A DNA stretch of 64,000 bases, taken from positions 17,918,001-17,982,000 of the forward strand of contig NC_088812.1 in assembly GCF_011386835.1 (NCBI RefSeq), written 5' to 3'. The notes beneath the pieces were generated by a model. It did no database searches and had not been told where the DNA came from. It saw only the letters and a list, made by a program, of their open reading frames with translations. A program made the position numbers and the translations under genes. This DNA is from Chrysemys picta bellii. Taxonomy: Eukaryota. The first letter of the stretch is position 1; each line of letters starts with the position of its first letter. Of the stretch, positions 24,901 through 37,287 are shown one piece after another.

Positions 24901-27900
24901 AAACCCTCTCGTTGAAAACTAAAGTATACCTTGTCCATCTGCAACAGTATGTTTTTATTTCCAGCATATTTCTTTTGGAGGGGAAAATAAATGAAATTCC
25001 AAAATTAATGCCTAGTGGAAGGCATGCTGAACTAAAACAAAACGGGATCAAATCTTGGTATGGAATCATTTGAGGACTATCTTGAATTCTCAGTTCTTGC
25101 AAAGCAGCATTGTACCAGCTAAAAGAATATTATTTACTTTTCTATGGATTGTGAAATTCATTTGGCTATTATTTCTTTTCTACTGGTAAAATAAAATAAT
25201 AAGAAGAATAAAAATAATTTTAAAAAACCTCGCCCAGGAGCTCTCCCTGAAGCCCCAACACATAAGAAACCAGAGAAGCCTGATCAAAAGAATTCATGTT
25301 TTTATCAGTGACTGAAGTTACTTCATTTAGTTTCTTTCCTTCTTTAGGTCCATTTGTACCTACCTACCAGGAATCGCCCCTTGTTAAAAGTCAAAAATAT
25401 TCTCCGTCATAAGACATGGTATTTAACCAAAATGTTCAAGGCTCTATACATAATGAAGATGATGATGATGTGAGGTCATAAGTCAAGCTGTTTTGATTTT
25501 GCAACATTTGCTGCCATTTTTCTGATCAGAAAATTCTGAAAATTGACTGGAGAGCAGTCAAAAAACAGAACAACAGCCTACCGCCCAATGAATTCTATGG
25601 GGCACATATCTGCTTTTATTTCTAATTGCTCATTTTTCTTTTGGAGATTTTTATTTATGGTCAGCACTAGGCTTCGGAGTTCCATATTTGGGGGCGTAAA
25701 GGTTACTGAGCAGTTTTAATTTAATTAACCCACTAGAATTTACTCTTGGCGATCAATCCACAGCTTGCTATCTGAGGCAAATCAGCCCGTTTAAATGAGA
25801 TAGCACTGAGCAATTGTCTGAAATGGAAATGCAGCTCCAAAGTGAACACAGAGAAGATGATCGACATAAACTGCTTTGGAAAAACCTTACCTCCTTCCCG
25901 AAAAGTTGGGCTTTTTCTTTCTCCTGCTTTCTTTTGCAGTTTTCAGAAATCACAGTTTAATTGGGATATTGTGTTCCTGGACCCTGAGCCGGAGAATTTC
26001 TGAGTCCCTTTATCCCCGCCCTCCAACCTTGTTGTCCTAATTTTCTGTCTGCAACACGCAATAATAAATTGAATTGTAAAATTCAGCGTTTAATTAAATC
26101 TATATTTCATTGAAATAGGAACTGTAAATGCCCTTACATAAACCTGGAAAAGATCGCTCTATTATTTGTATTTATTACTTTGCCCGCTTTACTGAAGAAG
26201 TATACCTTAAATCCTTAATGTTTATACACTGGTTTTCTTCTGCGCTTGGTACGCACTCTGTTCAACAATTGATTTCTCCCTCGATTATAATACATGATAT
26301 ATTATGTCTCTATTATGCTTATAATCAATCTTTAAAATGTAACATTTAATCCTCCTTACACACCCCATAGACAGGACCTAAGCTACAAAATGTTAACTAT
26401 TTCAGACAATATTAAAAAATAAAGGGTTGCAAATGGGTAAGGTCCTTTGGTAAAGCGAATTGGATTTTTGCTCGCGCAGCGGGGGGGAAAAACAGTTTTC
26501 AATCTATGTATAACCTTTTTGTTGCTTTTATATCCATCAACCATCTAAACCAGGGAGGTATTTTCTCCTGGAGATTTCTAGATGAAGTGAAGTCATTCAA
26601 TGGAATGTAAAGTGTACGGATTTTCGTGTGTGTGTGTCCATGTATTTAATCTTTCATTTAAAAAAATTCACGCTGGTATATTTGCCCATGATTTTTAAAT
26701 AGTTTTGATCCTTTCAAGGTGTCGCATCCCGGATTTCTTTCCTAGAGCAAGCAGGAATAATTCTTGTGGACTGATACTTTCTCGGGGACTTTGCAAGTAA
26801 TTTAGACGTTATATGTGAAGTTCATTCTTGTCTGTCTAGACATTGATTAGGAACTGGGTTGTCTATTTTGCCTTGACCTTGGACTTCGACTTTTAAAAAA
26901 AAAACTTTAGGCAAGGATTTCTGAAAATCCCTTATCGACGACATGGCGTTCCCGTAGGAAAACTTAAAGTTTATTAAAAGCGCAGCTTACACATCTTCCC
27001 CTGAAATGCTACTTTTCTGATTGGTTTGAGTTATTGGAATATTTGTTTTTTAACTTCCTGTAGATTCTTTTTTAATGGTGAAAAGACTTCACGCGTCTTA
27101 CTAAGGAAAAATGCTACTGAAAAGCTGCAAAGAACTCTCCGAAAATGGGTATTTAAAAAACCCCGTAATTAACATGGTATGTAAGCTATAGAACATATAC
27201 CGTGCATAAATAATACTTATTTGATACATGTATTATTGTAATTTTGGTCTTTTAAAATCTTACATACACAATACACAGCTAATTCAGATATGGAATTTTA
27301 TGTCTCTGTCTGACTGTTTCATTCAGGAACATTCAATTGACCAACTCCAGAATGCAAAAATTCCCCGGAGGAGGAATATCCTCTTTTAAAAACCTTGGGT
27401 AACATTAAAAGTGGGGGATAATGCAGAAAAGCCAGGGCTGGGTGATTAGAGTCCCCATCTTCTAAAAATGAAAAGAAAAACCTCGTCTAACTTTCTCCAG
27501 CGGCTTTCTTATTCCTATTACACTGAATTGCTTTGTGAGTTATTTCTTATCAATTTTTTGGGGGGGAATCAGCATGAGTTTCTTGTTACTTTTTCACACA
27601 CCTAAATTCACATTCTTTCCCCTCATTACAAGAATGAAGACTGAAATGACCCACTTCTCAGAAATGAAGTTAGGGAACTTTGCTCTCCAAGGGAGGGGAG
27701 GGGGACAAGACCACATAAGCATCTTTCCATCAATCTCTCGCCAAGTAATTTGCTATTCTTCTATTTCGTCTGTTTAATTATAATCCATCTATCTTGGATC
27801 CTGTTTACGTTTTATAAACTCTAGTTGTATTTATTATCTTTTATGTTCACACACAAATCAGCACTGGACCATTAGACCTGCTCCCCTTTGTTCCATAACC

Positions 27901-28994
27901 CACATTGTTGCTGCAATATTTATTACTGAAGTATTAAACATTCATAACAGGATCTGATAATATAATCGCGGCCAATCCCCTTAAAACCTTCCCAGTTTGT
28001 TCAGCACGAAAGATTAAGTATTATTAGTCTGGATTAATAGAAGAAACAAGAGGATAAAGCGTTCTGGAGGCATCCATTATTACAATCTTACGTTGGGTTT
28101 TCTCGTGGTAGCTGGGTTTAATACTAGAAAAACAGCTGGGGGGGGGGAATAGAAAGGCACCTGGCAAAGAAATATACAACAGGTTAAACCTCGCAAATCC
28201 CATGTTTCGTCCAAAACCAGATATTCTTTTCTAATATTTTTAAAGTGATGATCAATCACATGTATAGTTTGTATACCCTGATTTTGAAGCAAACGGACCA
28301 ATTATTACTTACCCCGCTCACACACACACATACAAATACACAGAAAGGGAATGGATTACACACGCGTTACAGTGAAGTCGAGGTCTTTCTTTCACCTAAT
28401 ATCCCAGCGGACAACAACATTAAAAGCGTTTGAAGAATTAAAAATAAAGCCCAAGAAGGTTTACCAGGGAAGGCTAAACTATTAGACCGACCGGTCCTGT
28501 TAGTCTGTTAGAAATCTATGGGCGATGGGGAGGGAAGGAAGAATATTCTACTATTGAGATGAGAGATCCTTTCCCCCTCCTTCATTCCATTTTCCTTTTG
28601 ATGGTGCTGGTGTTTATATATTTTTTCCATCTAGCTCCCACCTAATAAAGGAGCCGTCTCATTCCTTAGCCCCCAAGGCATGCAAGCAAAGAATGAAACA
28701 CTTCAGTGAGATCACATCCACTGGCCGGTTTTATTTTATGATATTTTACTTTCAAAATGTTCCCAGTCGAGTTTTATATATATATATATGTATATATATA
28801 TTTAAAAATCTCAGGGATATATATATCTCTCTCCCTGATATTTTTGAAGGCAGTTAGAATACAACGTCATGTCTAAGCCCAGCTCTTTGTGTCGGCCAAA
28901 TATTGAGTTCCCATTCCCCTTATTTAGTCCTCTCCTTTATTACAGTCAGTGGGTGTCACCCATTGCCTTTAAAGATTTCTGTTTCTGTCCCAAA

Positions 28995-29115
28995 AGCGGC
29001 CAATGGGAGCTGCCTCTTCCCTTCCCAAAGCCAGGAGGGACTAGCAGATAGGACTGGCTGCGGAACACGTGACCGGGCCAGCTTTATTGAGAGCTATTTG
29101 CAGGTCACGTGGCCC
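28995..29115 (+). promoter_or_regulatory. HOXC13 proximal promoter: CCAAT box (29000-29004) and two extended E-boxes CACGTGAC (29066-29073) and GTCACGTG (29104-29111)
   Basis: Motifs read directly 125-240 nt upstream of the ATG; GTCACGTG is the USF/TFE-type E-box. Function inferred from position. Confidence 0.6.
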
Positions 29116-29236
29116 GGAGGATTTCTTAATGAACGGGACCCATCTCTGCGCATGCTCCTGCGTAAACAATATGTGGGGGAAATTAGGTGTCTCTGGTTGG
29201 GAAGTCGAGTTTTAAAAAGCGCAGGCAGACCATGAT

Positions 29237-29891
29237 ATGACGACTTCACTGATCCTGCATCCACGCTGGGCGGATACCTTTATGTACGTGTATGAGGAAA
29301 ACCCGAATGAAAATAACCAGAATAAAACCCCAGCCATGGAGGCGCTAAGTGGGAACTGCCCAGCGAGCCACTGCAGGGATATAATAACTTTGGGTCGCCA
29401 TTCCAGCACCATTGGGACTCACCAGGGTTCTGTCTACACGGATATACCCGCTCCGGAAGCTGCCAGGCAGTGCCCTCCGCCACCAGCTTCTTCCAACGCC
29501 ACGCTGGGCTACGGCTACCCCTTTGGAGGCAGCTATTATGGGTGCAGATTGTCTCATTCCCACAACGTGAACTTACAACAAAAACCTTGTTCCTACCACC
29601 CGGCAGAAAAGTACCCCGAACCCAGCAGTTCCATCCCCAGCGAAGAACTACCTTCAAGGGCCAAAGAGTTTGCTTTTTACCCCAGCTTTGCCAGCTCCTA
29701 CCAGGCGGTCCCTGGTTACTTGGACGTGTCAGTTGTGCCAGGTATTAGTGGCCACCCCGAGCCGAGGCATGACGCTTTGCTTCCCATGGAAGGATACCAG
29801 CACTGGGCTCTTTCCAATGGTTGGGATGGGCAGGTCTATTGCTCCAAAGAGCAGTCACAGTCTACCCATCTCTGGAAGTCACCTTTCCCAG
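29237..29891 (+). CDS. HOXC13: Homeobox protein Hox-C13, exon 1 (phase-1 donor CCAG|gtaggg, intron starts 29892)
   Basis: ORF 29237.. MTTSLILHPRWADTFMYVYEE...YGYPFGGSYYGCRLSHSHNVNLQQKPCSYHP.EKYPEP...EELPSRAKEFAFYPSFASSYQAVPGYLDVSVVPGISGHPEPRHDALLPMEGYQHWALSNGWDGQVYCSKEQSQSTHLWKSPFP matches the HOXC13 N-terminus I recall; GT donor follows SPFP+G. Confidence 0.97.
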
Positions 29892-31824
29892 GTAGGGTAT
29901 TCTGAGCTCCGGCATGCTTCTCTGCTTACTAACCGCCAGGTAAAAATCGCTTTGGAATGCCTTCTGTGCAGTACTATGTGTATGAACACGTACGGGTAAG
30001 AAGGTGAAGCAATCATGCTTAGATCAAAATACATACCGTGAGCTTGAGGTTGCTTTAAAAGTAAGTGTGTCAGTTTCCTTTCCTTTTTCTGTCTCCCCTG
30101 CGTCGCCCCACCCAGCTGGGTCTGCCTCTGTTCTTTTATGTTTTTTAAATTTTCTTTTTAGCTTCCACCCAAGTTTCCGAACGCAGGCAGCGTAAAAGTG
30201 CCGGCTCGCCTCCTAATCTTTCCCTAGAAATGTTAGATGGCTTGTAATGGTACAGTAAATCATGCTGCAATTACAGAAATTGGTGTCAAGTGACAAATGA
30301 ATCTTGTTAGGGGAATGGGGTGAGACAAACAAAAAACAGAGCAATGATTCCCCCTTCCTCTAGTTAGAAGTCTCGTATGAGTTACAGCGTGCAAAGCAAT
30401 CGGAAAGCTTATGAGTTTGGGAGAATCTCCTCCGCCTTGCTCTCTTGCTGCTTGGGAAATAAATATCACCGCCTCTTACAGGGCTCCTTCCTCGCAATTA
30501 ATATCAAGGCCTGGCGCTCTGAATGAATGCGCTGCAGTAAAGCAGAACTGAAGATTTTGTGCCCCACACCCAAAGAGCATTCATCTTGGAAATGTATGGG
30601 TACCTGAAGCCGGCTTTATTTCTCAGCAATGGTAACAGAGAGGCCAGAGAGGCAGCCAGAAAATAAAGTAGAATGATGTGGCATAATGCAGGGTTTTTTT
30701 TTAACCCGGTTGAATGAAGGAAGAAGGAGGGGGAATCTCCGAAATCCCTTTTAGAGATCGTTGGGTTTCAATGGCTCTTTTGGAAACATTGATTAAAATG
30801 CTTTCTTTTTCCTGTTTAGAACAACAACAAAAAATATCTAAGTACTGGTAGGGAAATAGCTGGCTAGCAGATTCTTCTCTTTCCTAGATATAGTATTTTG
30901 TGTGAAAACCTGATGGCAGAGATCCACTTGCCAAACCTGGAGAAAACTGAACTCTTTATAGATAACATTCAGGAGAGTGTAACCTTCTGGATATAAATAT
31001 GTGCGTGCTTTTTGAAGGCAGAGAGTCTACTCACCTATAAGTGATTTTTTTGGATGCTGGGTTCACTGATCCCCGTTTCATTTGTGGGCTGTACTGATAA
31101 ATTATGGAGAATTTCCATGGGCGGGGTGTGTGTGGGGGGGTTCCTATTACTGTATCTTTGGGCCTTTATAGAAGTCCTTAGTAGATGTTACTGGAGCTGT
31201 CATTCTTATAGCAAACAATAAAGAGAACAGCTGTGCAAAATGTTCGAGAAAGACGGTGTTGTGTTGTTGTTTTTTTAAATCCATTATTGTCAATTATAAC
31301 AATGGACTTTGGATACCTGCCTAAATTCGTGATGGAACGGAGTTTGCGCTGAATAGTCTGCGACTCTTGGTTTAGTGTCTTTGTCACCCTTACAGAGCTA
31401 AGGCGCCGTTTATCATCTCATATCTGGAATTCTTTTTTTAAATGATTGTGGTTTGCAAGTGCAAAGCCCGAATACGATTCATTACTGAGGTCTGGCAGCG
31501 AACAGCCTTAGAATAAGGCAAAAGTGACTATGCGAGCTCTGCACGCGTTCAGATTCTCATTGAATCTCTGGTATAATCGCAGGGGGTAATCTTTCTTAAT
31601 AGTTTGGTGCTACTCAAGAAAGGAGAGAACCAAGATAACATGTCACTTTTTTTTTTAAATGCATCAACCCAACCTGCAAATTAACAGCTGATGTCGAGCA
31701 AAGTCCAAGCTTTTTCAGATTGCAAATGGTACCCGCGCTGCAGAAGACAGGCGGTACAGAGTCCACAGCAAGGAACTATTTGTTTGTCCAAAGTGCTGCG
31801 ATCTATCGTGCTGAGCCATAAAAC

Positions 31825-31900
31825 TACTACCAGACAGCGGGGTACCTGCAGTCATTAATTATGAAATTAATGACTGCAGGTACCCCGCTGTCTGGTAGTA
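31825..31900. repeat. Perfect 36-bp inverted repeat with a 4-nt spacer in the HOXC13 intron
   Basis: tactaccagacagcggggtacctgcagtcattaatt-atga-aattaatgactgcaggtaccccgctgtctggtagta. Confidence 0.95.
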
Positions 31901-32227
31901 ATGGTAAAGCGAGATATTAAAGTTTACTGGAGGTTAAAAAAAAAAAGAAGAAGGGAGAAACTTTAAAACCACACTTAAAATTTACCTGGTATGAATGTCC
32001 ATTGGATTTGTATTGCATGATATTTTGTTAAATTAATTGATGCTCCTTGTTTATATGTGAAAACCCACCTAGAAAATATCTCCTGGAATACCAGCATTTT
32101 TCCCACGATAATCTATTGATATTCTTCTCAGTGAGTCAGTCCTCCTTCCCCTTTCTGTCTATCTTTCTCCTCCATCCGGTCCCAGGGAGTAGAACTATGT
32201 AACTGCTTTATCTGTCTCATCTTGCAG

Positions 32228-32484
32228 ATGTGGTACCTCTCCAGCCAGAAGTGAGCAGCTACCGTAGGGGCCGGAAGAAAAGGGTCCCCTACACGAAAAT
32301 CCAACTGAAAGAACTAGAAAAGGAGTATGCAGCCAGCAAATTCATTACCAAAGAGAAGCGAAGGAGAATTTCGGCTACCACCAACCTTTCTGAACGCCAA
32401 GTCACTATCTGGTTCCAGAACCGCAGGGTCAAAGAGAAAAAGGTAGTTAGCAAATCTAAGACACCTCACCTTCACGCTACCTGA
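32228..32484 (+). CDS. HOXC13: Homeobox protein Hox-C13, exon 2 (homeodomain); spliced CDS 912 nt, 303 aa
   Basis: Pyrimidine tract + ttgcag acceptor at 32226-32227; G+AT gives Asp, then [71 protein letters not shown]; TGA 32482-32484. Group-13 homeodomain; phase fits exon 1. Confidence 0.97.
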
Positions 32485-33356
32485 CAAAGAAATGTTTGAG
32501 AGGGTAGCGGGGGAGAAAGACAGAAAGAAACACATGCGAATATTTATCTGATACGTCTGTATAATAATAACATACATTCGAACTCTTTGATGATTCAATT
32601 GGTTATTTAAAAACAAAACAAAGAAATAAACAGCATTTTTAGTTTATTCCTCTGCCCTCTTCTACTGTCCGCCGACTGTGAATATCTAATTGCCCTCAAG
32701 CATCCATCGATAACGTTAACCGTGTACAGTATATTAAATGCAAATGTAGATTTGTTATGTTTCAAAGACATGAAACCTGAATGTTATTTTGTAACTCTGT
32801 ATAATCGCCTAGCCCCGCCCTTCCCCCCGCAAGTTCTCCAGTGCACAACCTTTCATATCTCTGGCTATTTCACGCACTGATGTCAAATGTATGGAGAGCC
32901 TCGTCCCTATAGCAGAAGCCTGTCATGTTACATTAGCTGAATATCCTTTCGCCGCACAGGACCCCCTAAAAATAAGGCTGCTATCGTGCGAAGAGAATAT
33001 TTTTAGTATTATGATTATTCTGTATCACTTGCAAAAATAACAAATACTAATTTAGGTCACCCAGGGAATGAAAGTGACTTGCTATATAATACATTTTTGA
33101 GGGTAAGTTCTCATTGGGGCTTATATATCTCCGCCATCAAACTAGAATGTCTGTTTTTTCGCGGACAATCTGGAAAGTGTCCCATATTGACACTGGTTTG
33201 GTTTATTCCCCTCGCTCCCCCCCCCACATGTAAATCGGCTCATTATCGACAGTGTTCTTTCGATATGTAAAAGCGATCATTTTTTATGTCTTGTATATGT
33301 ATATAATAGTGTGGTGTCCAAATGATATGTACTGAATGCAGATCACATTTCTTTAA

Positions 33357-33362
33357 AATAAA
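33357..33362 (+). terminator. Candidate HOXC13 polyadenylation signal AATAAA (a more proximal AATAAA lies near 32625)
   Basis: AATAAA after an AU-rich, 3'UTR-like tract and followed by U/GU-rich sequence, about 870 nt after the stop. Confidence 0.4.
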
Positions 33363-35414
33363 TATCATTTTTGCTTTGAGAATGGATTGCTGCCGAGATG
33401 TTATTATGGGTATTTATACATATATGTGTATCTATTTAACTCTTTCAAGGCAAAATCAGAGAGTTTGGGATTTACACCATTGTAACCTCACGCCAAAGTA
33501 AACAGCTTGAAAAGAATGACGCCCCAAGGCTAAAACCTGATAGGAAAACTGCCAGAAGGGTGCATTTTGAAATGTGTATGAAGAGCAGAAGTGCATTAAA
33601 GGAGTCAACACCTAGAAGCCAGAATATGGGAATATAAGAAATTGTGTTCTGATGCCTTATCTCGAAGGAATATGATATAAGTTTGTTTCAAAGGGGTAAA
33701 GGAGTAGTGGTAAATGGGATGAAAAAATATGCTTAAATCAAGCAGAAGGGGTGCTGTTTCAGAAGTGGGGAAAGGGAAAAAGGCTCCGATCATTTTCTTC
33801 CTTGGGCAGCAATTGTATTCCTGTGCCAAGGAGCGGGGGAGAAGATTTTTTGAAAATGCTTGTAACCTAGCTCCACATACTCACTATGAGAATGCTTTGC
33901 TCAAAAGGTGTCTTTTGCTAAACCAGTTTGACTCAACCCCGTTCAGAGATAAAAATCTAAACCCTGCCTTACTGTTACTAAACAAGTGGCAAGATCGTAA
34001 TCCGTAGCCTGGCTGCGTTGTTTAATATGCCAGGTAAAAGGCTGTCTTGGAACGTTGTATACTTTCAGAAGTGAGCTACTTTAAATGAAGAAAGCTTTTT
34101 AAAAATATTGCACAGTAATTTGTTTCCATAGGCGGGTCACAATATACCTTAATATCCATTAAAATTAATTACCTCGTTAAATTGTCAAAGGAAAAGACAA
34201 AAAGTTATGTAACCTAAAACAATGTTATTTCTGCTTAAATGAATATTAACTAGTGTATATATAGTTACATTTAAAGGGTATGAAAGCCAGAAACAAGCAA
34301 TAGAACGGGGGTGTGTATATGTAGAATGTATAGAATGTATATATACAAAGAATCTGTATGTACATATCTAGATATAGATATGATACCTGATTTATATATA
34401 TCAGCACTTGTATTAAAATAACGCGAGCACTATTTTAATGCATGTGCTGATTACGAAGTAAATAACGCATGTATACACGGCGTTCATGAAACCCAATATA
34501 CTGAAATTCTATCACATATTTTAAAGTTTCTAAAGGTACCTCCAAGTATACTTATAGGCATGGAACATTCCACAAGAATTTATGTGATCACTGGCCGTAT
34601 TTTATAAAGGAGGAGATGGAACAATGCCAATAGGGGTTCTTGAGTTGAAATAAATATTCGGTCATTCTCATCGCTCAAAGTCTTCCTCCATCAGGTGTGT
34701 GAACGAACAGAGGATAACTTTTCTTAAACATGCGGCCATTCCGGAAATGGTTTATTCCAGGTAATTACATAGGCTTTTCCATATTTATTTCCGATATAAT
34801 GCTGATGATTTTTTTTTCGTGAGGGTGATTGCTTATATAGGAAGGAATAATTTGGAAGGAAATGTGAAGATAGATAGATAGATATCAACCCTTGTATGTG
34901 TTTGTGTATATATATATACATATATATGCCCCTCGCTTATCTTAATATAGACACCTATTGAAAATGCACCTCCATTTACCTAGGCCGCAGATGAAATGTT
35001 ATGAAGTCTGTATCTAAGCACTGTTCGGACTTCGGGTTTAACATGGACACACTTTCCAAATCCATCTTTTAAAGCATTTTCTTTAAGGGTGGGTGTGCGT
35101 CGTATAAAACCACACTCATTTCAGACGCATGTACGCGCGGATAGATACTGATATATCATGTAGATACTGATACTGTGCTGATCTATCAAAACACAACCTA
35201 GACAGTGCCGGTTCAGACCTGCTGTTCAGGGAAAGAAGTGTAGAACTCTATAGCCTTCATTGGAGTTATGAGGCTCGGGGAGAGATTTGTAATTTATATT
35301 TAACCAGATTGGTTAATTGTTTTTTTGTGTTCTTAGGGATTCCTGTGAGAAGTTTTCCACTTCTTAAAGTCCTTTTCACCTAAAGCTTCAGTCCCTATTA
35401 ATTCTGATTGAAAA

Positions 35415-35486
<72 letters not shown>
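35415..35486. repeat. (ATCT)n microsatellite
   Basis: Read directly. Confidence 0.95.
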
Positions 35487-36293
35487 CACTGGGTATAAAG
35501 ACTATATAATAAGCAAAAGAAAAAAAGAAAACGTGCGGGATTGTCATACAAAGGGCCTGGCTCATGTAAATTAAAATTGGTTTGGACGATGGATAATGAA
35601 GATGTTATGACAATAGATGCTTTCCTATCATGTTCAGCATTTCCCTCTGTGTTTCCAATTGCTGCGTCCCTCATTTCCCTCTTTTTTTCACACTCCCTTC
35701 AAATAAAAATATGGATTTAGAACAGAGTCTCGTGAAAGCAGACAAAATTTCAGGTGCTCGGTTAAGGGCTAGGGTCTTCAGAAGTTTCAAAGAATAAATT
35801 TATTGGGTCCCATTCTGATGATGAGAGCTCTTCGGGAAGTAATCCAGGGGATGCTCAGTCATAGGGCCAAAGTCCTCATTGGGTGTGTAGGCCTGTCACC
35901 ACTCTCCACTTGTGGTTTGACATTAGTGTAACCCTCTTGCCTTTGATTCGCTTAGCCCTGATTTACACCGGTGTAAGTAAGATCAGAATCAGGTCCTTCT
36001 AACAACAAAGAAGACGAGTGGTCTGTCATGGATCGAAAAGCCTTTTAACCCTTTCATTGACTATTTAATCGAGTGCAATTTTTTTCCTATATAATTTTGT
36101 CGTATGAGTTAAGGAGACGGTTTTTGGAGGCTAATAGAACGAAAACGAAGTAACTTTTAAGTGCCTCTTACATTCCTCACGACCCTACAGGCTTGGATTC
36201 ACCCCCCCACCCCCCTTTTTTTTCTTGCAACAATAACAACCATGGGTGAATCAGGACAGCTGGTCATCTTCTTACAAGGTAATTAAGTATGGA

Positions 36294-36465
36294 NNNNNNN
36301 NNNNNNNNNNNNNNNNNNNNNNNNNNNNNNNNNNNNNNNNNNNNNNNNNNNNNNNNNNNNNNNNNNNNNNNNNNNNNNNNNNNNNNNNNNNNNNNNNNNN
36401 NNNNNNNNNNNNNNNNNNNNNNNNNNNNNNNNNNNNNNNNNNNNNNNNNNNNNNNNNNNNNNNNN
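36294..36465. other. Assembly gap (172 N)
   Basis: N run. Confidence 1.
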
Positions 36466-37219
36466 TATTTTCTGTGATAAACATCAGCGAAGTTGTGCCT
36501 TAAAACCATTTCTGGTGTACATTTTCAAACGCACACATTCTCAGCTTTCAAGACTTGCCTCTTTTCTTCAGATTTCAAACGTCCGAGGTATCTTTGATTA
36601 TTTTATTTATTTATGAAGGAACTCGGATCAGAAGGCCATGACGTCAGCTCTGGATTACCCTTGACCGTGACTAGGCGGTCTGTTTGACCTTGACATCATG
36701 AGTTTCGTACATATTAATCAAGAAGACCACAGCCTTGATCTTCTGGCAACCAGTCAGAGTTCTCTAAGTATTCCCTGCTTCTGTTTACAGATAAAAAAAA
36801 AGGTGTCATTTGAAGTCTAGACAGACGGGCTAATGACCAACAATAAAAGCATGAAAAGGAAGTTTCACAAGTTTAGTCTTTTCTTTCCTTTGTATCAAGT
36901 AGTTTGAATAACTTCTTAACCACGGTCTTTATAGTGAAATGCTCCTTATTTTCCCCCCCTTTCCTCCATTTTCAGTTTTCATAGTTCTGGCTCACTCACT
37001 TTTGAAGAATAAATTGCTAGTCTTGAGGGAAAATGTGGTTTCACATCATTGAGTTGTATGTTGAGGTATATATATTTGTCAGAGGGTTGAATAATGATAA
37101 ATGTATGTCTGGAACATGGAAATTTTCCAGTCTTTGTTGAGATATTTTTAATAGTAAAAGAGGAAAATAAAAGGAATTGCTCTCTGTATTTGTCAAGTAA
37201 TTCTTTTTAAGGTAATTAA

Positions 37220-37220
<1 letters not shown>

Positions 37221-37287
<67 letters not shown>
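37221..37287. repeat. (ATCT)n microsatellite
   Basis: Read directly. Confidence 0.95.

Noticed and set aside
29280-32616. Antisense and alternative-frame ORFs overlapping HOXC13 exons
   Set aside because: Shadow ORFs of the real coding sequence; no independent evidence.
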